DNA of 64,000 nucleotides from Yuukianura sp. NJ FZ-2021 (Eukaryota), in the NCBI GenBank assembly GCA_046563655.1, contig CM102286.1, positions 2,356,001 to 2,420,000 on the forward strand. Reading direction: 5' to 3'. The notes under the pieces were generated by a model. The model was not told where the DNA came from, did not search any database, and worked only from the letters and a program-made list of their open reading frames with translations. Positions 34,901-50,300 of the stretch are shown one piece after another. How positions within the stretch are numbered: the stretch's first letter is position 1; each line of letters opens with the position of its first letter. The position numbers and the translations under genes were made by a program.

Positions 34901-37900
34901 TGTTACCTTAATTGCGACGGTTTTATTTGATTCATTCGTATTGCTTTGTGATCGTTTAAAATACGTTTAGTAGCTTTTTGCTTTTTTAGCACTGTGTGGC
35001 TCTTCGCTTAGTGTCTTACTTTTATGCATTTTAGGTAGGATTTGTGCTTTGGTAGTGTAGTAGTGGTGTTGATGAATTTGCTGTGTTGGTGTTCATGGAA
35101 TTACTAACGCCTAATACTAACAATCGGTACTGAATTTCAGATGAGAGGAATGAAACTAGTGGAAGAGTAAATAGAAAATTTAACGCTTCTCTTAAAGGTC
35201 GCGGTCCATCTCAGTCGTCTACGTCTGATGGAACTGTGAGTGATTCAGGGACGCCTGGAAGCTTCAAGGGTCCAACCCCTGGGGCTAAACCTGCCAGAAA
35301 GAAACTAAAGCAGCCGACAATGTCAACTCCCGCCAGTGCAACCAAAACCAAATCCAATGTTACGCCGAGAAAACGTTTGTCAAGTGAAGGAGACGCGAAA
35401 TTGACTAAGAGAACAAGGAAAAGAGGCAAGTTATTTTATCGCTAGCTCTTTTTGATTTTTTAAACAGTTTAAACAAAGTTCTCAGTTTTCTTATAAGTTA
35501 AATTTGTTTCAGCACTTTCAGGTGGAGAACCTACGGGAGATTCGTCAGAATCCGAAGGAAAGGCAAAACCATTGAAACGCATTCGAAAACCAAAGAAAAT
35601 CTATGACCCAGGAGAGGGTGATTGGAAAAACAGTGTTCCAAGTCCAGATATTTTGGATTTCTCTAATGAAGAAAGACGTAAAGAACCAACTCAGTCGAAT
35701 CAAGTAATTGACTTGAATAAGCTACGATCCGAAATGAAGGGAATTGATAAAATGGTCAAAGTTTCTGCTGTTGTACCGGAAATGGCCCAAGTCACCTCGG
35801 AACTTCCTGGAAAAGGGACTGAGTTGGACACAAAACTGGAGATTCGTGCTTCCAAGCCAGACATGCCTAGGGCTACTATGGAAGTGAAAGAAGAAACGAA
35901 AGTGACGGAGGAACTGTCACAGATGCTGCAAAATGCTGAAAAGAGTGTTGAAATTCCAAAGGAAGAGAAAGTTGATGCTGATACGGATGTGAAACAGGAG
36001 AAGAGTGTTGAACGAGGGCCTAGTCTGAAGGAAACAGCGAATTCCGACAAACTAAGGTTGTTGCCAGAAGTTGATGTGAAGAAGGAGGCTGAAGAGTCCA
36101 AACCTGAGACAAAGATGGCGGCGAGGGACCTCCTGAAGCAAGATGTTAAACCTACGGAAGATGCTGAAGTTGAAGTTGTCAAGTCTACGCAGATCGAAAA
36201 ATCGAGAAATAGTATCATGGAAACTATTGAGCAAGTATCGTCTAATACTGCTGGAGTTAATCAAGTCTCATCAATCGATATTATACCTGCACCGTCATCG
36301 AAACCTACGAAAACACTGGCGGAACCAATCACTAGTATTCCCCGTCCACCACTGCCAGCTCTACTGAGAGCATCAGCTCCAACACCAGTAAGTTAGCATA
36401 TATAAAGTCAAATTGTTCATGAAACGACAATTTTTTGTCTAAAATACTGTATATGCGACGATCCTTTCTGTACATACAACGCTTTATGATTGTTTTTGCT
36501 TTTCTGTTTCAGATTTTACCAAATTTGATTCCACCGGTTCGAAGCACAACACCAATTACAATTACAATTCCACCGCGAGCTCAACGACCAATTTTAATCA
36601 AATGTCCAACTCCTACAAGTTCAACTATTGCGGTTCCTACTACAATAACAATCTCTACGCCTTCTTCAGCTCCAGCTCCAACGCCACCACAGCTGATAAT
36701 AGCCAAACCTTTGATTACTATTCCGAAGAGTCTGCCAGCCACTGCGAAACTGACAGGAATGGACGAAAAAGAGAAAGATTCTGCGCAGGTCCAACAACAC
36801 CAGCAAATTCAGAGTGTAGCATCGCCTGTCCCACCAAAGACTTCATTGGAGAAGGTGTCACCTACTATAACCTTGATCACCACAACTTCACCTGTAAAAG
36901 GAGCTGCGTTAGCTGCTGCACAAAGTACTCCAACGGTCCATGTTCGTCCAAAACTGACAGAAACTGGGCCTAAACTGGCTTCTTACCCGACAGCACGCAT
37001 TCGTGCGCCTACTGGAGTAAGTTCTGGGCAACTACTTCCATTAACTCCTGGATTTGGCGGAGTTAAGAAGCGGAGGAAGGTCAAGAGTAAACAAATTGTC
37101 GAGTCTTCTGGCTCCTCGGATGAACAGGAAGCGAAAAGACAAAAACGACAAGTTTATGCTCCCAAGACTTTTAAGCAAGTTACCTTGCAAGTTAATCAGC
37201 CACCGAAAACTTCACAAGGAAGTTCTGTAACTCCGGCAGCAACTACGACTATTTCTACTACAATAGGTGCAGTAGTTGCCTCAGCATCGACTTCATCTTC
37301 AACTTTGACTGGTGCACCACCAACTCTTGCACAAAAGAAGCAACAAATTCCTTCTGCTAAGGTGACGCCGATACTGAAAGTGCAGTATGGCTCGGAGAAG
37401 AGACCGATGTCGCCAGGAGGAAAAATTGTTTCTGGAAAATACACAAGAGTGGAACCTCTGCTTAAAGTTGTCAAGAAACCGACATCTTCTGCGTCTAAAT
37501 CACAACCGCCAGCATCCAGTACTCAAGTATTGCCAGCATCCAGTACTCAAGTATCGCAGGCTCAACAACCAATTGCCAAAAAAGTACAACCAGAGGCAGT
37601 ATCTTCGCCATCACAAGCACCAGTGACTCTAATATCACGACCCACTTTGCTGTCGGAGTCCGACCAATTAAAAAGCTCCATCGTTGCTCCGCCTATCCAA
37701 CGGTCACCTTCCCCGCCAACAATACAACTTCCTGAACTGGAGTCTCCGATGGAACAGCAAGAGCCGTTTGTTCCGTTCAAATCGTTGTTGCCACTCATTG
37801 ACTCCACCGCGACTCCACCAACAGTCGTTCCTGACACGTTCAATGTTAATGTCAAGAGTGATGTTACGTCAAGAAGGAAATTGTGGCAGAGGGAGCCAAA

Positions 37901-39405
37901 AACTTTTCAGTTTCGGTTTTTGAATCACGTGGGACGCTTGGAACTGAAAACGAAGATGAGCATGAGACGAAGGCAATAATCTCTACTGGGCCAATGGAAC
38001 TACCAGCTCCAGGAGAAGAATCTTGTCACTCCTTGCTTTGCGAAGAAGAAATTCCTGGAAGTCCAACGCCAGGAGCAGATTCCAAACCGTTTCTATTTGA
38101 AGACACGAATGCCATGGAGTTCCCACCGCACAAGATGACTCTACCGGTTGGCAGAGCTGAAAGTGTGCTGAACCAAAGCATATTTTCTTCACCGCCAACA
38201 GTAGTGCCACCGACGGAGAAAGCACTCGCATCTTTTCCGGTGACAACGTCGGCTACTCCAACCAAAACTGGTGATTCAGTGCTTGAGACGACATCGACCA
38301 CAGATTCAGCTGCATCTGTGGCGCAAGAGAGAGCATTTACGGCAGTTAGCTCGATATCGGCCCTTTATAGGCATGCATTTGACAAGGATTTGGTAAAACC
38401 GAAACAACTTTCCAGTGGAGAGGAAAACCAGGTTGAAAATTCACCGCTGCCAATGTCATCGACTAGCAGCATTTCGACGGGATCTCCTCGCGCGTTAGTT
38501 TTAATGTTAACTTTAACCGTATAGTGGCGTAGTTAAGTTTATGTTAACCTTTGAATTTCTTAAATTACAGGGGAGACGGTGAGACTAAGCTGAGCAGTGG
38601 AGAAAACAAGTCCAAAGAGCCCTCGGATACGGACAGCATTGACTGTTTACCAAAATGTGAAGACATCGTTGACGGTAAGCTACTAAACAGGCGCATGCAT
38701 AATGTTTAATTGTTTGTGTATTTTGATTTATATGTTCATTTGTCACTTAGAAATAGAAAATACGAGCTCTGATGAAGACGATCATGATGGTGACAAGTAC
38801 GGTGGACGTTCGTTGTACGAGAAATCTTCTGGCAGAAGCCGAAGTCCATCTTCGTCACCAAGGAAACGACGGCTTGCCCGTCGAGATTCTCCGGACGACT
38901 CTCCACCAAGGTCATACAGGATGGGGCACCGATCTTCTGTTAAACGAGGTAAGAGTGTTAAAAAAAATTTGTTCAACGGGTCAATGTGACAAAAATGCTG
39001 AAATTCTGTTGGAGCAGGACTGGACGCCGACTATGGACGAATGCCACCGCCGCAGCCTCCAGTCAACTTGGGAAAACCTCCGTATTCTGAAAAATATAAC
39101 TTCATTCCTGTCCTGAGTAAGTTTTAGTTAATGTTAATTAAGCTGAGTTTAGTGTTAGCTTTTGGTTTTCTAAAACAGTTGTCTAAGTTTTTTATTCTAA
39201 AATAGCGGATTCAATGTCATCCGAAGAACGTGTTGATCTGTGTATGACAAGTATGACCAATTTGCGAGAAAAGTGGAGGGAACTGAAAGCGGAACTGAGT
39301 TTCTACGACAGAAAGAAGAAGCGAATTCGGAAACGAAAAAGGGAGCAGGAGAAGCGCGAAAAAGAAGCGCTTCTGAAAAATTCGGCATCGACTACGAACA
39401 GTTAG
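31955..39405 (+). CDS. ARID4: ARID4A/B (RBBP1, hat-trick) ortholog; apparent frameshift near 37867
   Basis: [28 protein letters not shown] (Tudor), [11 protein letters not shown] (RBB1NT), [24 protein letters not shown]...LDLHKLY, chromobarrel [15 protein letters not shown], and C-terminal KYNFIP...[21 protein letters not shown]. Confidence 0.93.
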
Positions 39406-41337
39406 GTCCAGAAAGTTAGGAAACGTTTTTTATGATTGACTTCATACTTTTTTTTTGTACTTATCAAGACCATCTTCACACTGTTTTTAGCTAGGTAAAG
39501 TTTAGGTAATGTTATTTTTAAAATTGTGAGTTCTGACAACTCTATGGTGGTAGATTTTGAAAACGTAAGTACTACGAATTTACAGATTCATTGATAATGC
39601 ATTTAACATGCAGACTTGTTAAGTAAATACTTTCTCTATGTTAAAGCTTTGGTTAATCGTTTTTACAGGGGGTAATGCGATGGTTACCAAAAAGTTAATG
39701 ACCTACTCCAGAACAACCCATCCCATCTTCCCATCCTGAGTACCAGCAGATCCAATTTTAATCCGAATTGCTAAGGAATTGAGAGTAGATTTTGGCCAAC
39801 AGCAGCAAAAATGACGACAAGACATGGAGATGGGGATTCTGTAAATGGGCTGACTGGGTTGTGCAGTAACTGCGTGGGAATCAGCAGTACTAGACGTAGA
39901 AGGCCAACGTTCAGTTGTTCTATTTCTTCATACCGTCGTTGGAATTTGTGCCGGAGCCGGATATGTCCGAACTTTACCTTGTCGAGGTAAGTTAATCACT
40001 ATTCCCTTGTTTTAGCAGCTTTGAACATTCAGAATTTTAATGGAATACCAACGAAGTTAGCATATAAATGGATCAATGCGTTGCACTAGTGGCGCTGCTG
40101 GTACCGTAGGGTGTCAGTTGTACAGTACAACTTTACACTACTGTGGGAATGTACTAGAACGTAAACGCATTCCTCGGAAGAGAATGCACATGTTCACAAG
40201 TTTGAAAATGCTATTAGACGAACGGCGGCATGACGAAGGCTGAGACGGAGCGGGGAAAAAGGAAATTTCATGTTTGGGGGTTAGGTTGTAATTGTAAACT
40301 GTTTACGTTTAAACTATTTAAAACTCATTTAATTCATGATTATAGAATTAAGGATTTATTCTACTTATCAAGATCAACTGTGAGTGACCATCTCGTATTA
40401 ACATTGTAATAGTAAATACAGAAACATATGATGTCATTTATTTCCCGCTATGTTTTTGTTGTGCTTTAGGTGACTGGAAAGTGCCGATAGTTGAGCTCAA
40501 AAGTCGGACAAGAGGAGAGGAAATCCAGCCAGAAGACCCCACAGCAGCAGCCAACCGATCCCTTTGTTTTGTATGAGAAGAAAAAAGTCTGCTCTGAATC
40601 TGCTCTTCTGCTGTTGTCATTCATTGGTGTTGTTCTACTGAAAACAGGACAGGACATACGAAAGTTGTAACTGAATTCATTACAGTTAGATTCTGTTTAG
40701 TTAGCAGTTTATTAGTTGGAGGTTGTGCTACTAAAGTAGTGTTAGTTTACAGTGAAGTGACTACTGTCACGTAAGCAATCGGTTTCAAAACATTTCACGA
40801 AGACATACGAAAAGCGAAAAGGGACTCGGAATCGGAATCACCGAAAAAGGACAGGTAATGTTTACTTTATCAGGCCCTTTATAACGTTTTAATCTAGAAG
40901 TAGCAGTCCAGCACGGTAAGTAAGTGACCTTTCTACTTTGAACATCAGTGGCAAGTAAGCTGACTTGGGATAATGTATACTGGCTAGCCGGTGAGTCGTT
41001 TAGTGTTTACATTCACTTATTATGTGCAAATCGATACTTTTGGGATCATTCGATCATTGTCATTATCGGTAGTTCATCAGCTGGTGGCTTCCCGGAAAGC
41101 AATTACATAGAATAAGTTATAACGATAAGGCAGTTGACGGTTGTACAAGTATCAATGCACTAACAATTCGGCAGCACTATATTCCAGCACCTTATCTTAT
41201 CTAGGAGAACGTGGGGAACGTTGTCATTGCGGACGGAGTGGAGGTGTCATGTAGAACAAATCAAGCAGCAAGTGGACTAAACTGTTTATAGTCTTGGATA
41301 TTTCTTCAGGCATTGAGTGTCGCTATCGTTTTTCATC

Positions 41338-44300
41338 ATGGGAAACGGCAAGATTTGCGACTGTTGCATGGAGTTTACATCCCTTCTGCAATCATGTAAG
41401 TACATTGCATCTTTGTATCGTTTTTTTAACATAAACCGTGTCCAGTGTTAACTAAACTTACTTTGGATGGATTGTTTTTCAGATGATTCCAAAAGAGCGC
41501 AACTGTCAAGCATCGACGACATCAATATAAGCCGTGAGGAAATTGAAACCGTGATTTTGTACATGCAGTCATGGACTCAGCGTCAATGCAGTTGCTGTTT
41601 CCGTGATAGTCGAAACTTTGAGCGATACAACTGGGCTCTTCAGGTTCTTATCCTTGTGGCAGTGGAAATTCTCAAGCACTATCACGACAAGTCAGATTTG
41701 ACACCCAAGGATACAAAACCCGCCACTACTTCGGGGGAAAGCGATGAACCTGTGTCTATCGTCGAGGATACTGCTGGGGGTGAACGCCAAAACGCGGTCT
41801 GGGACATCGACGAGAAGGATAAGTTGATCCATTTCGTCTCAAAGGTTTTCCAGAGTAATTTCCAAACTTACATTGCGTTCAAGCAGCATATACAGATGAG
41901 AGCTGAGGAAGTATCCCAGCAGGAAATTCAGTCATTTGGATTGTTTTGTGAACTGAACGAACCTGATGTGTCGCCATACCTGTATCGGAATATCACGCTA
42001 TTTTGCAAAGTAAGATTCGCAACTTTAGTTTACTACTATGCTTTTGCTAAACATAAGTCACGTAAAGTTATAAAGCCAATGTTATTTTTTGTCTTTTTAG
42101 AACGGGGGACTGGTGGCTATTCAGCAGTTTATGAAAAATCAAACACCGGAATCGTTGCCACTTCATCTGGCGAACATGATTGTTGGTTTAGCCACAACTG
42201 TGAAGGCATGGCTAAACTTTCCTGCATTGCTGAACTTTTTTGTGCCATTCCGGTCAAGTGTGCTGTCTTATTTGAACAAATTGGTGGACACAGAGTTGAA
42301 GACAACGTCAGCCAGAAACATGAACGGTGAGCAGTAATTGTGAATTTTTCGACGTTTCTAACACGTTTCTACGAAATACTAAAAATTGTGTTCGTAAAAG
42401 TGCGAAATGAAGGCTTATTGGCATGCTTTATTTATAGAGTTTATTTGGAGTGCTGTGAAGGATCCTATTGATGCTCATTTGTCTTTCGATCGAGATGGAC
42501 TTGATCTCGCTTTCAAGTACTTCCTCAGTTCTACACTTACCATGAGACTGTCCGGCGTGACGCAGATTACGAACCACATTAATCTCCTAAATGAACTTCT
42601 CAACTCGGACAGTATTTTGGATTCGGAGAGCTTGGATCATCAACTTAACCTTTGGCTCATGGAGAACCAAATACTGGAACACATGTTTGGCCCAAATCTA
42701 CACGTAGAAGTTATCAAACAAAGTAATACACTGCTTACTTACTTGGCCATTGAAGGAAAAATTACAAAAGAGCACATTGACATCATGTGGTCAGCGGCCC
42801 AGTTGAAACATTGTTCCAGAACTGTCTACGATGTTCTCTCCATGCTCATTGGCAACTTGGAACCTCAGCTGATTCTTCATCTCAGAGATTTACTTCTCAA
42901 ATTGGAACCAAAGGAACATACTGAAGCGGTAAGTACTAAAATGTTTGAACTTTTAGATTTACATATCGATAATTCGATCATGTTTTCCTTATTTTCAGAG
43001 TCTTTTTCTCACATCGAACTTGACGAAGTTCATGTGGAACAATGCTGCCGTTCCGGTCGAATCCCCGGTGCTTGTGGCACCAACAAAGTACACTCATCGT
43101 TTGCGCCAACTGAGTAACATGGTGGAAAGTTCTAGTGAAAATTCTGTCAGTATTGGCGGAAGTCACTCAGAAGATGAAATTCAGGTATACTTGCAAACTT
43201 TTCTTTTTTTGTTTTCAAAATACTCCCATGTTCATTTTGTTTACACTGTAGCCTTTGCAACTTCCGCGAGTCCTTGATACATGTAACATGGTGCCCCACC
43301 TTGTCCGAGACGATGGAGTGCCAAACAGTAGCAAGTTACGTATCAGCAGTCGAATTTCGCAGGCTCGCTTACGACACTTGGCCCGAGTCGTTGCTGAAGA
43401 CTCTTCGGATGATGATTCTGTTGAAATCAGTGGAGGCGACAGTGGCAAGTCAGAGGATCAAGAGAATCAACAAGTCAGTTCTTCAGGATACGTTGAATCA
43501 CACAGTGATTCAGATGCGGATGCCGAAAAGTCTGGAAACGAAGAGACTCACAATAAGGAAAGACGACGAAAACGTGTACTGCGACGTCGTAAGAGCAAGA
43601 GCAAGTCACAAGGAGGTTCTCTGGAAAACATCGGACCGAAAATTGGAAGTCCGGCTACCCCAGGAGTAGTAAGTGGAACACGAATGGATGTCACGGCTGA
43701 TGACACTGGCTTACTCAATACACTGAGTGACAAGGAAAACGATTCGAGTCAAGCTACAAAGATGGATCTTAGTTCCGGAAGTGGAAGTGTGCCGGATCTA
43801 CTAGAGCCTAATGCAGTTATGCACGAGTTGAGCAATTTAGTACAGATGACGGAGTCACCGATGATTCAAGAAATTGTGCCTAACTTGCATGTAAACAGTG
43901 ATGCTGGAAGCTACTCGTCGCGTATGAGCACAAAATCGGAGAAGAACATGGCGGATTTTGATGGAGAAGAGGAATCTATTTGTGAAGATGAGATTATGCA
44001 GTCTCTTTCCCAGAACCAATTGGCAGAAATAGCAGCACGTAGCGGAGACTCCGTAAGTTTTGTGTCTATGTTTCTAAATATTTCGATTAGAGATTTCAAT
44101 TAGTTTAATCTTGTTCATTTTGTATGTCATAAAGGTCCGGCTCACTGGGATTGGGCCAATGTTTGGTCCTAGGCCAGTCCGCCCATTCAGTCGTCGTCGA
44201 AGAGGAGTTTCTTCGAATGATGGATTCAATTTTCAAATAGAGGACGTCTGTTCTCCGGGGCAAACAATTTTGTGGGATCTAATTCAAGATGATAAAATTG

Positions 44301-47300
44301 TAAGTTAAATAGTGCAATGCATTTTTTTTTTGGTTTATAATTCTTGTTTATTAATTCTCTCGTATATTTCTAGACTCAGCTTCCAGACGGCCTCGCGCTA
44401 GAAGTTCAGAAAGCGCTCTCAACACTGCTCTGCTACAACAGTGACAAACGGATTAAATACAAGTTCATTGAACATTGCATCCAAAACCTTACGGAGAATA
44501 AGTATATCCAAATTTTGCTAAATAGAAATATACGACATGACTCGGAAGTACCAATCTGAATTAACCTTTTTGCGTTTTTCTGTGACAGATCGATCGTGAT
44601 TTCTCTGCGTTTGCTGCCAAAACTGTTTCCTAATTACCCACAGCCAAGAACTGCAGAAACATACCAGGTAAACTGTCTTCTTCTTTCAATTTTTAAATTT
44701 TTCATAAAGCAAAGTGAGTAGGAGTTTATACTCACTGGGTTTTGTAGATGACGCTATGGGTGGATCGAGAATTTCAGATGCGAAACAAGTTTTTTGAAAA
44801 CTTGAAAATCTTCAAAAACCAGGACACTGTTTGGTTTCCATTTCCGTACCAAGCACATCTCCAAGTCCGTTTCGAGTTCCTTTCAGTCCTGTTTACCAGC
44901 ATGACGTCGCCAGAGGATTTCAGGTAAGAGAAAACATCAAGTGTGTGAATTTCTTAAATTAATTATATAAGTATGAAATAGGCTTAGCATTGATCATGTG
45001 GATATCCTCTGGGACTGCTTGGCAACTGATCCTCGTTCGGCTGACGATCTATTTATTTGGATGCTGGGGCAAGTGCGGATTCGAGATCAGCATGCGCTGT
45101 CTCCTGCAGCTCTTCGTCACATATTTATCAAAAAGCTTCCATCACTTCCACCCGAAGCTGTCACGATGCATGCTTTGAACTTGTTCCAGCAACTGTGCAA
45201 CATTGCGCGGAACTCTGGAGAGCAAGATGTTGAAGCGGCTGCTGCCAGCATGGATTATCTCTGGATAATTGCACTTTGTGCTCTTAGAACTGGTAAGTAG
45301 GAAACAATTTTTAGTCTTAATTTTGTATTTTGAGTAAATAATTTTCAAATTACTTTGTCAATTACTTTCTCTAATTTTCAAATTAATTTTTCTAGATGTG
45401 AGCATGACAGCAATTCAGTGCTTGAACGACTACTACGTCAGTCTCCAGTTGGAAAAGGAAGATGAGTTCATTCAGCGATGTATGAGTCACCTTGCAGAAG
45501 CTACGGAGGAGTTGAGTCATTGTACTCCCTCAGATGAAGCACCGCTGCTCAGAATTCAAAGGGCGCTGCTTCTTCTCAAGACGCATCTAGAAACTTTTAG
45601 AAGAAAGTATGATAACCTCACAACTCTATATGACATGCAGGTACATTTTTTTAAAACTTGTATTTTTTTTTAGATACGCTTACCACTTGCGGAAATGGTA
45701 CCTTGAAGGAAGCTGGGTGGGGAGCCATGCTCAGCTGATTGGAGAGAAGGGAGCTGTTCCGATTAAAGTTCTAATGCAAGCTGCGGGATGGATGGAGAAA
45801 GCTACGTTGGAACTACAGTCGACAGATTATGTGGCGGATTTGAGAGCCGAAGTTGTCAAGTGGTGGGAAAGTTTACAGGTAAACTGATCAAAAGTTGCCG
45901 AAAATTGAACCGAACCTTGGAACCTTACATGAATTGGACGATTAGACGATAATTGCAACGCCATGTTCTTGATTTTGAAGGGTCATGGAACTGTAGAGAA
46001 AAACACTTCCACTCCTGTTCTAGGATCTCTTCTGACCGAAGGTCCTATTCGGATGATCACAAATGGAATTGAATTGTCAGCAGAGTATGATGAGAAATGT
46101 ATAAGCGAAGTTCCTATCAAGGATATGCAGGTGATTTATTACATTCAGAAGCACAGAATTTTGGAGGAAGATTTGCTTTAGTTTTCGTATTTTAACTTTA
46201 CTGTTACATATGCTAGCTTGTCTATGTATCGCCTGGAGCGGGAAGATCGCATAAGAAGAAGGACACTGCAGAGTATTCGTCCTCACTTCTACCACCTCCA
46301 AGGGACAAGTTACCGGTTACCCTGTTGCTTCAAATGCCATACTTTGAGCAGCTTTTTTCACTTACGCAGTCACTTGCAACTTTGAAATCGTCGGATCGCT
46401 CAGGAGTAAGTATTTTATACAGTAAACCATCGACATATAGCTAATTTACACATCTGTGGTTTGTAGGAGTCGCAGCCACACACAAAAGGACAAGTCTTGT
46501 CCAGGCGCGTCTGGGATATTCTGATGCTGCTTCCTACTAATCCCGCCATACACGAAGGAATTGCAAATTCAATGCAGACGGAAGAAAACTCTTTCAGGAC
46601 ACTCCTTGATCCTGCGTCACCGCAAAAACTCATGTACTCTTTCTACATTGTTGAAGCTCTCGTCAAGAACAGCCCATCGAAGATAAAAGATGTAAGTTAT
46701 CGTGGAACTGGAACTGAGGAAATAATAGATAAGTCAACTGCGATACTGTATTGAAGAATTTGTGTGTTTTTCAGGGTCAAAGTTCAGATTCCACTGCTTG
46801 GCGTCAAAACTTCATTGAGAGAGGAGGACTTCGTCACTTATTTGACATCTTCGCTTCTGGTACGCAAAAAGTCGATTTAAAAAGTTTGGAGCTATTGTAG
46901 TTACTCGTTTTTTTTTGTTTTAGGCGTTCTTGAATCGATGGAAGGAGGTGACTGGAGTGAATGGAAACAAGACTGTTTGGCATCTCTTCTCAAGATTCTC
47001 TGTTTCTTGGGAATAATGACCGAAGATACGGATTTTCTCAATGAACAATTGTATGACGTGAATGAAGTATCGCGGAAGAAGGCGAAGCGTCGAAAATGTT
47101 CAAATGATAAATCTCCTATTCCAAGGCTGAATGACGTAAGTTCTTACGACATAAACAATTCACCTCAACTATTAAGGCAGATTATTATCAACGCTGATTG
47201 ATCTACAGACAATGTTGGCGATGATGGATGTTGGACAAGTGATGGCACGTTTGACGAATATTTTTCAAGCATGCTCCCTGCCACGAGATCCAAATCACTA

Positions 47301-50300
47301 CAAAACTGGATTTTGGGGTCGTGCTCAGGTGAATAATTGTTTATTAGCTGATTACTTTTAGAAAAATTGAATGATGCTCTAATTCAAAAGGTTGTGCATT
47401 ATGCCATGGCTCTATTGGTCTGCTGGGCTTTCTCTCGGGATGAGGTCAAGGCTGCTTTATACTCTCAAAAAGATTTCCCAAATTGGCTCCGGCGATTAGT
47501 ACTGGAAGATCCAGAGCCTGCTGTACGGCGTGAAGTTTGTACGGGATTGTACAGACTCTGCTTTGGAATTTCGTCTGATGGGAAAACTGGAACTTGTCAT
47601 GCTCCTGAACTTATTAGTCACCTTCTCCACTCCTTGAAAGCTTCACTTACTATAAAACCACAACAAAAACAAGAGGTAAGACTAAAATGTTTCTCATTAA
47701 TTGAAGCTAATTCACAATGTCAGGCATTGTTTGTATGTTTTCCGATGCAGGTTCCTGTGCAGAACTTCGATGATGGAAAGGAGCCCTACGGGCCTGCTTG
47801 CCGAGACTATTTTTGGCTTCTTGGAAGACTGCTGGATTGCTTGGAGGAAGATTTTGTTAAAGGTAAATTCTTAAAATTTAGTTAAGAATTTGAAATTTTT
47901 TGACACTGATAAATATCTTGAAACGCAGAGAGTATTGAAAATCCGGATACTTGTGTGATTGACCTGGACGGACTAGCTCGGACTCTGAGCAAAGCCATAA
48001 TCAACAGAGAATACTACGAAACGCGACACAACACAGTTACAGATGACGCCCTTGTGGGTCTTCTCAACACTTGTACGATGGTCATGAAGCACAATCCTCC
48101 GTTCAAAACAAGTAAACAGGGTCAAGACTTTCTGAAGGAGGTCAGTTTCCTATTACTAATCTCAGCTGATTAATACGTATTGAGGGAGGTTGTTAACATG
48201 TTGTGTTTTTGGCTATGAACAGATTTTTGACTGCCTGTTCGCATTGCCTTCTCCACAAATGCGTTACCTTCCGAAATGCAAGTCGCTACTTTGCAGATCT
48301 GCGGCCTTTGATTTGCTCACAGAAATGGCTAGATCAGCTGTTCAGAACTACTATCTTCTCCAAAACCTACTCATTGGACAGCATCAATCGAGTATGAAAG
48401 TACAAGTAATAGAGCAAGAGCATATTCTCCTAACTGAATTGACGTTCTTTTTATGTTTTGATAGTATCACACACCTACGGTTGGGATTATTGGCCACATG
48501 AAGACGGACGTTCGTCATGTGGATATGTTGGACTGACGAATCTTGGAGCAACTTGTTACATGGCGTCGTGCATGCAACATTTGTACATGATGCCACAGGC
48601 AAGAGCTGCCATTCTCGGAGCTAAATTCTACTCGCAGAATAAGCATGAGCAAACGCTGCGTGAACTTCAAAGAATGTTTGCTTATTTGATGGTAAGTTAT
48701 CTAAATGGTATTGGAGGAGTTACAGAAGTACTAAAAACGATTGATTCCATGTTCCAGGAGAGTGAGCGAAAAGCATATAATCCTCGCAGCTTTTGCAAAG
48801 TTTACCAAATGGATCATCAGCCGCTAAACACTGGTGAGATTTTTCATCATAAGACTTTCATTGAAATGTTGAAAACATGTTAATTCTTTTGTTATTCAAA
48901 ATGTTGAAAATACTTTCTTGAAACTTAAAGGTGAACAGAAGGACATGGCGGAGTTCTTCATTGACCTTGTCTCAAAATTGGAGGAGATGACACCTGAATT
49001 GCAGAAGCTAATCAAGACTTTGTTTTGTGGAGTGACGAGTAACAACGTCGTTTCCCTTGTAAGTATGACAAAAGATTTACAATTTGATTTAAAGTGAAAG
49101 TTTTCATAAGGAATTTTAATATTTTTACAGGATTGCCCACATGTCAGTCGAACATTAGAGGAATTTTACACGGTTCGTTGCCAAGTCTCAGATATGCGTA
49201 CGCTCTTTGACTCTCTAAATGAAGTAACGGTGAGTGCTTTAACTTAACTTGGTGTTGACCATCATCGTTCCATCATACTTTATGATATCTTGTTTACTAT
49301 GTTTGGAATTAGGTGAAGGATACTCTGGAAGGAGACAACATGTACACTTGCTCTCAATGCGGCAAGAAAGTGAGAGCAGAGAAAAGAGCTTGCTTCAAGA
49401 AACTACCGAAGATCCTCTGCTTCAATACTATGCGTTACACCTTCAACATGATTACAATGACCAAGGAAAAAGTCAATACTCACTTTTCGTTTCCACTTCA
49501 TCTGGACATGTCTGGATATGTCGAGAAAACGTTGATGCCACAACAGTATCAAGGTATAGCTAAAACATAGCTTCTTGCTCATCATGCTTTCGGATTTTGC
49601 ACTCTTCACAACATGTTTTTGTTTTGTAAACAGAAGAGAAACTGAAGAAAATGCCGGTAAAGAAGGAGGGTGAAGAGGAAGTAACTCCTGCTGCAACTGC
49701 TGAAGTTGAGGAAGACGATGAGGATTGTCTGGAGTATGATTTGATTGGAGTCACTGTTCACACTGGAACTGCTGATGGAGGGCACTACTACTCCTTCATT
49801 CGAGATCGTGTATCCCCTAACAAGGACAAATGGTATTTGTTCAATGACGCTGAAGTGAAACCGTTCGACCCAAATCAAATCGCTGCTGAATGCTTTGGTG
49901 GAGAGATGAGTGTAAGGCTGTAAGATTCATTTTGGAGTTGATTTTATAATTTGTGCATAATTTTGTTTTGTTTTTTTTTTTGTATTTTTAGACGAAGACC
50001 TACGATTCGGTGACGGACAAGTTTATGGATTTTAGTTTCGAGAAAACGAATAGCGCTTACATGCTGTTCTATGAAAGACGCACCTCTTCAGCTCAATTCG
50101 TACCTGGGACACTAGTTCCGGCTTTACCTGGTGGATCTTCTCAGCGTCACCACCAATCACAAATTGTGCCTACACAAACTTTCGAACTAAGCAAGGAACT
50201 GGAAGACTGGATTTGGCAAGATAATACGCACTTTTTGAGAGACAAGAATATTTTTGAGCATACCTACTTCAAGTAAGGGGCCGCGGATTGAATTGTGGAG

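Noticed and set aside
33627..38301. Long antisense ORFs over ARID4
   Set aside because: Shadow frames of low-complexity, stop-poor coding exons.
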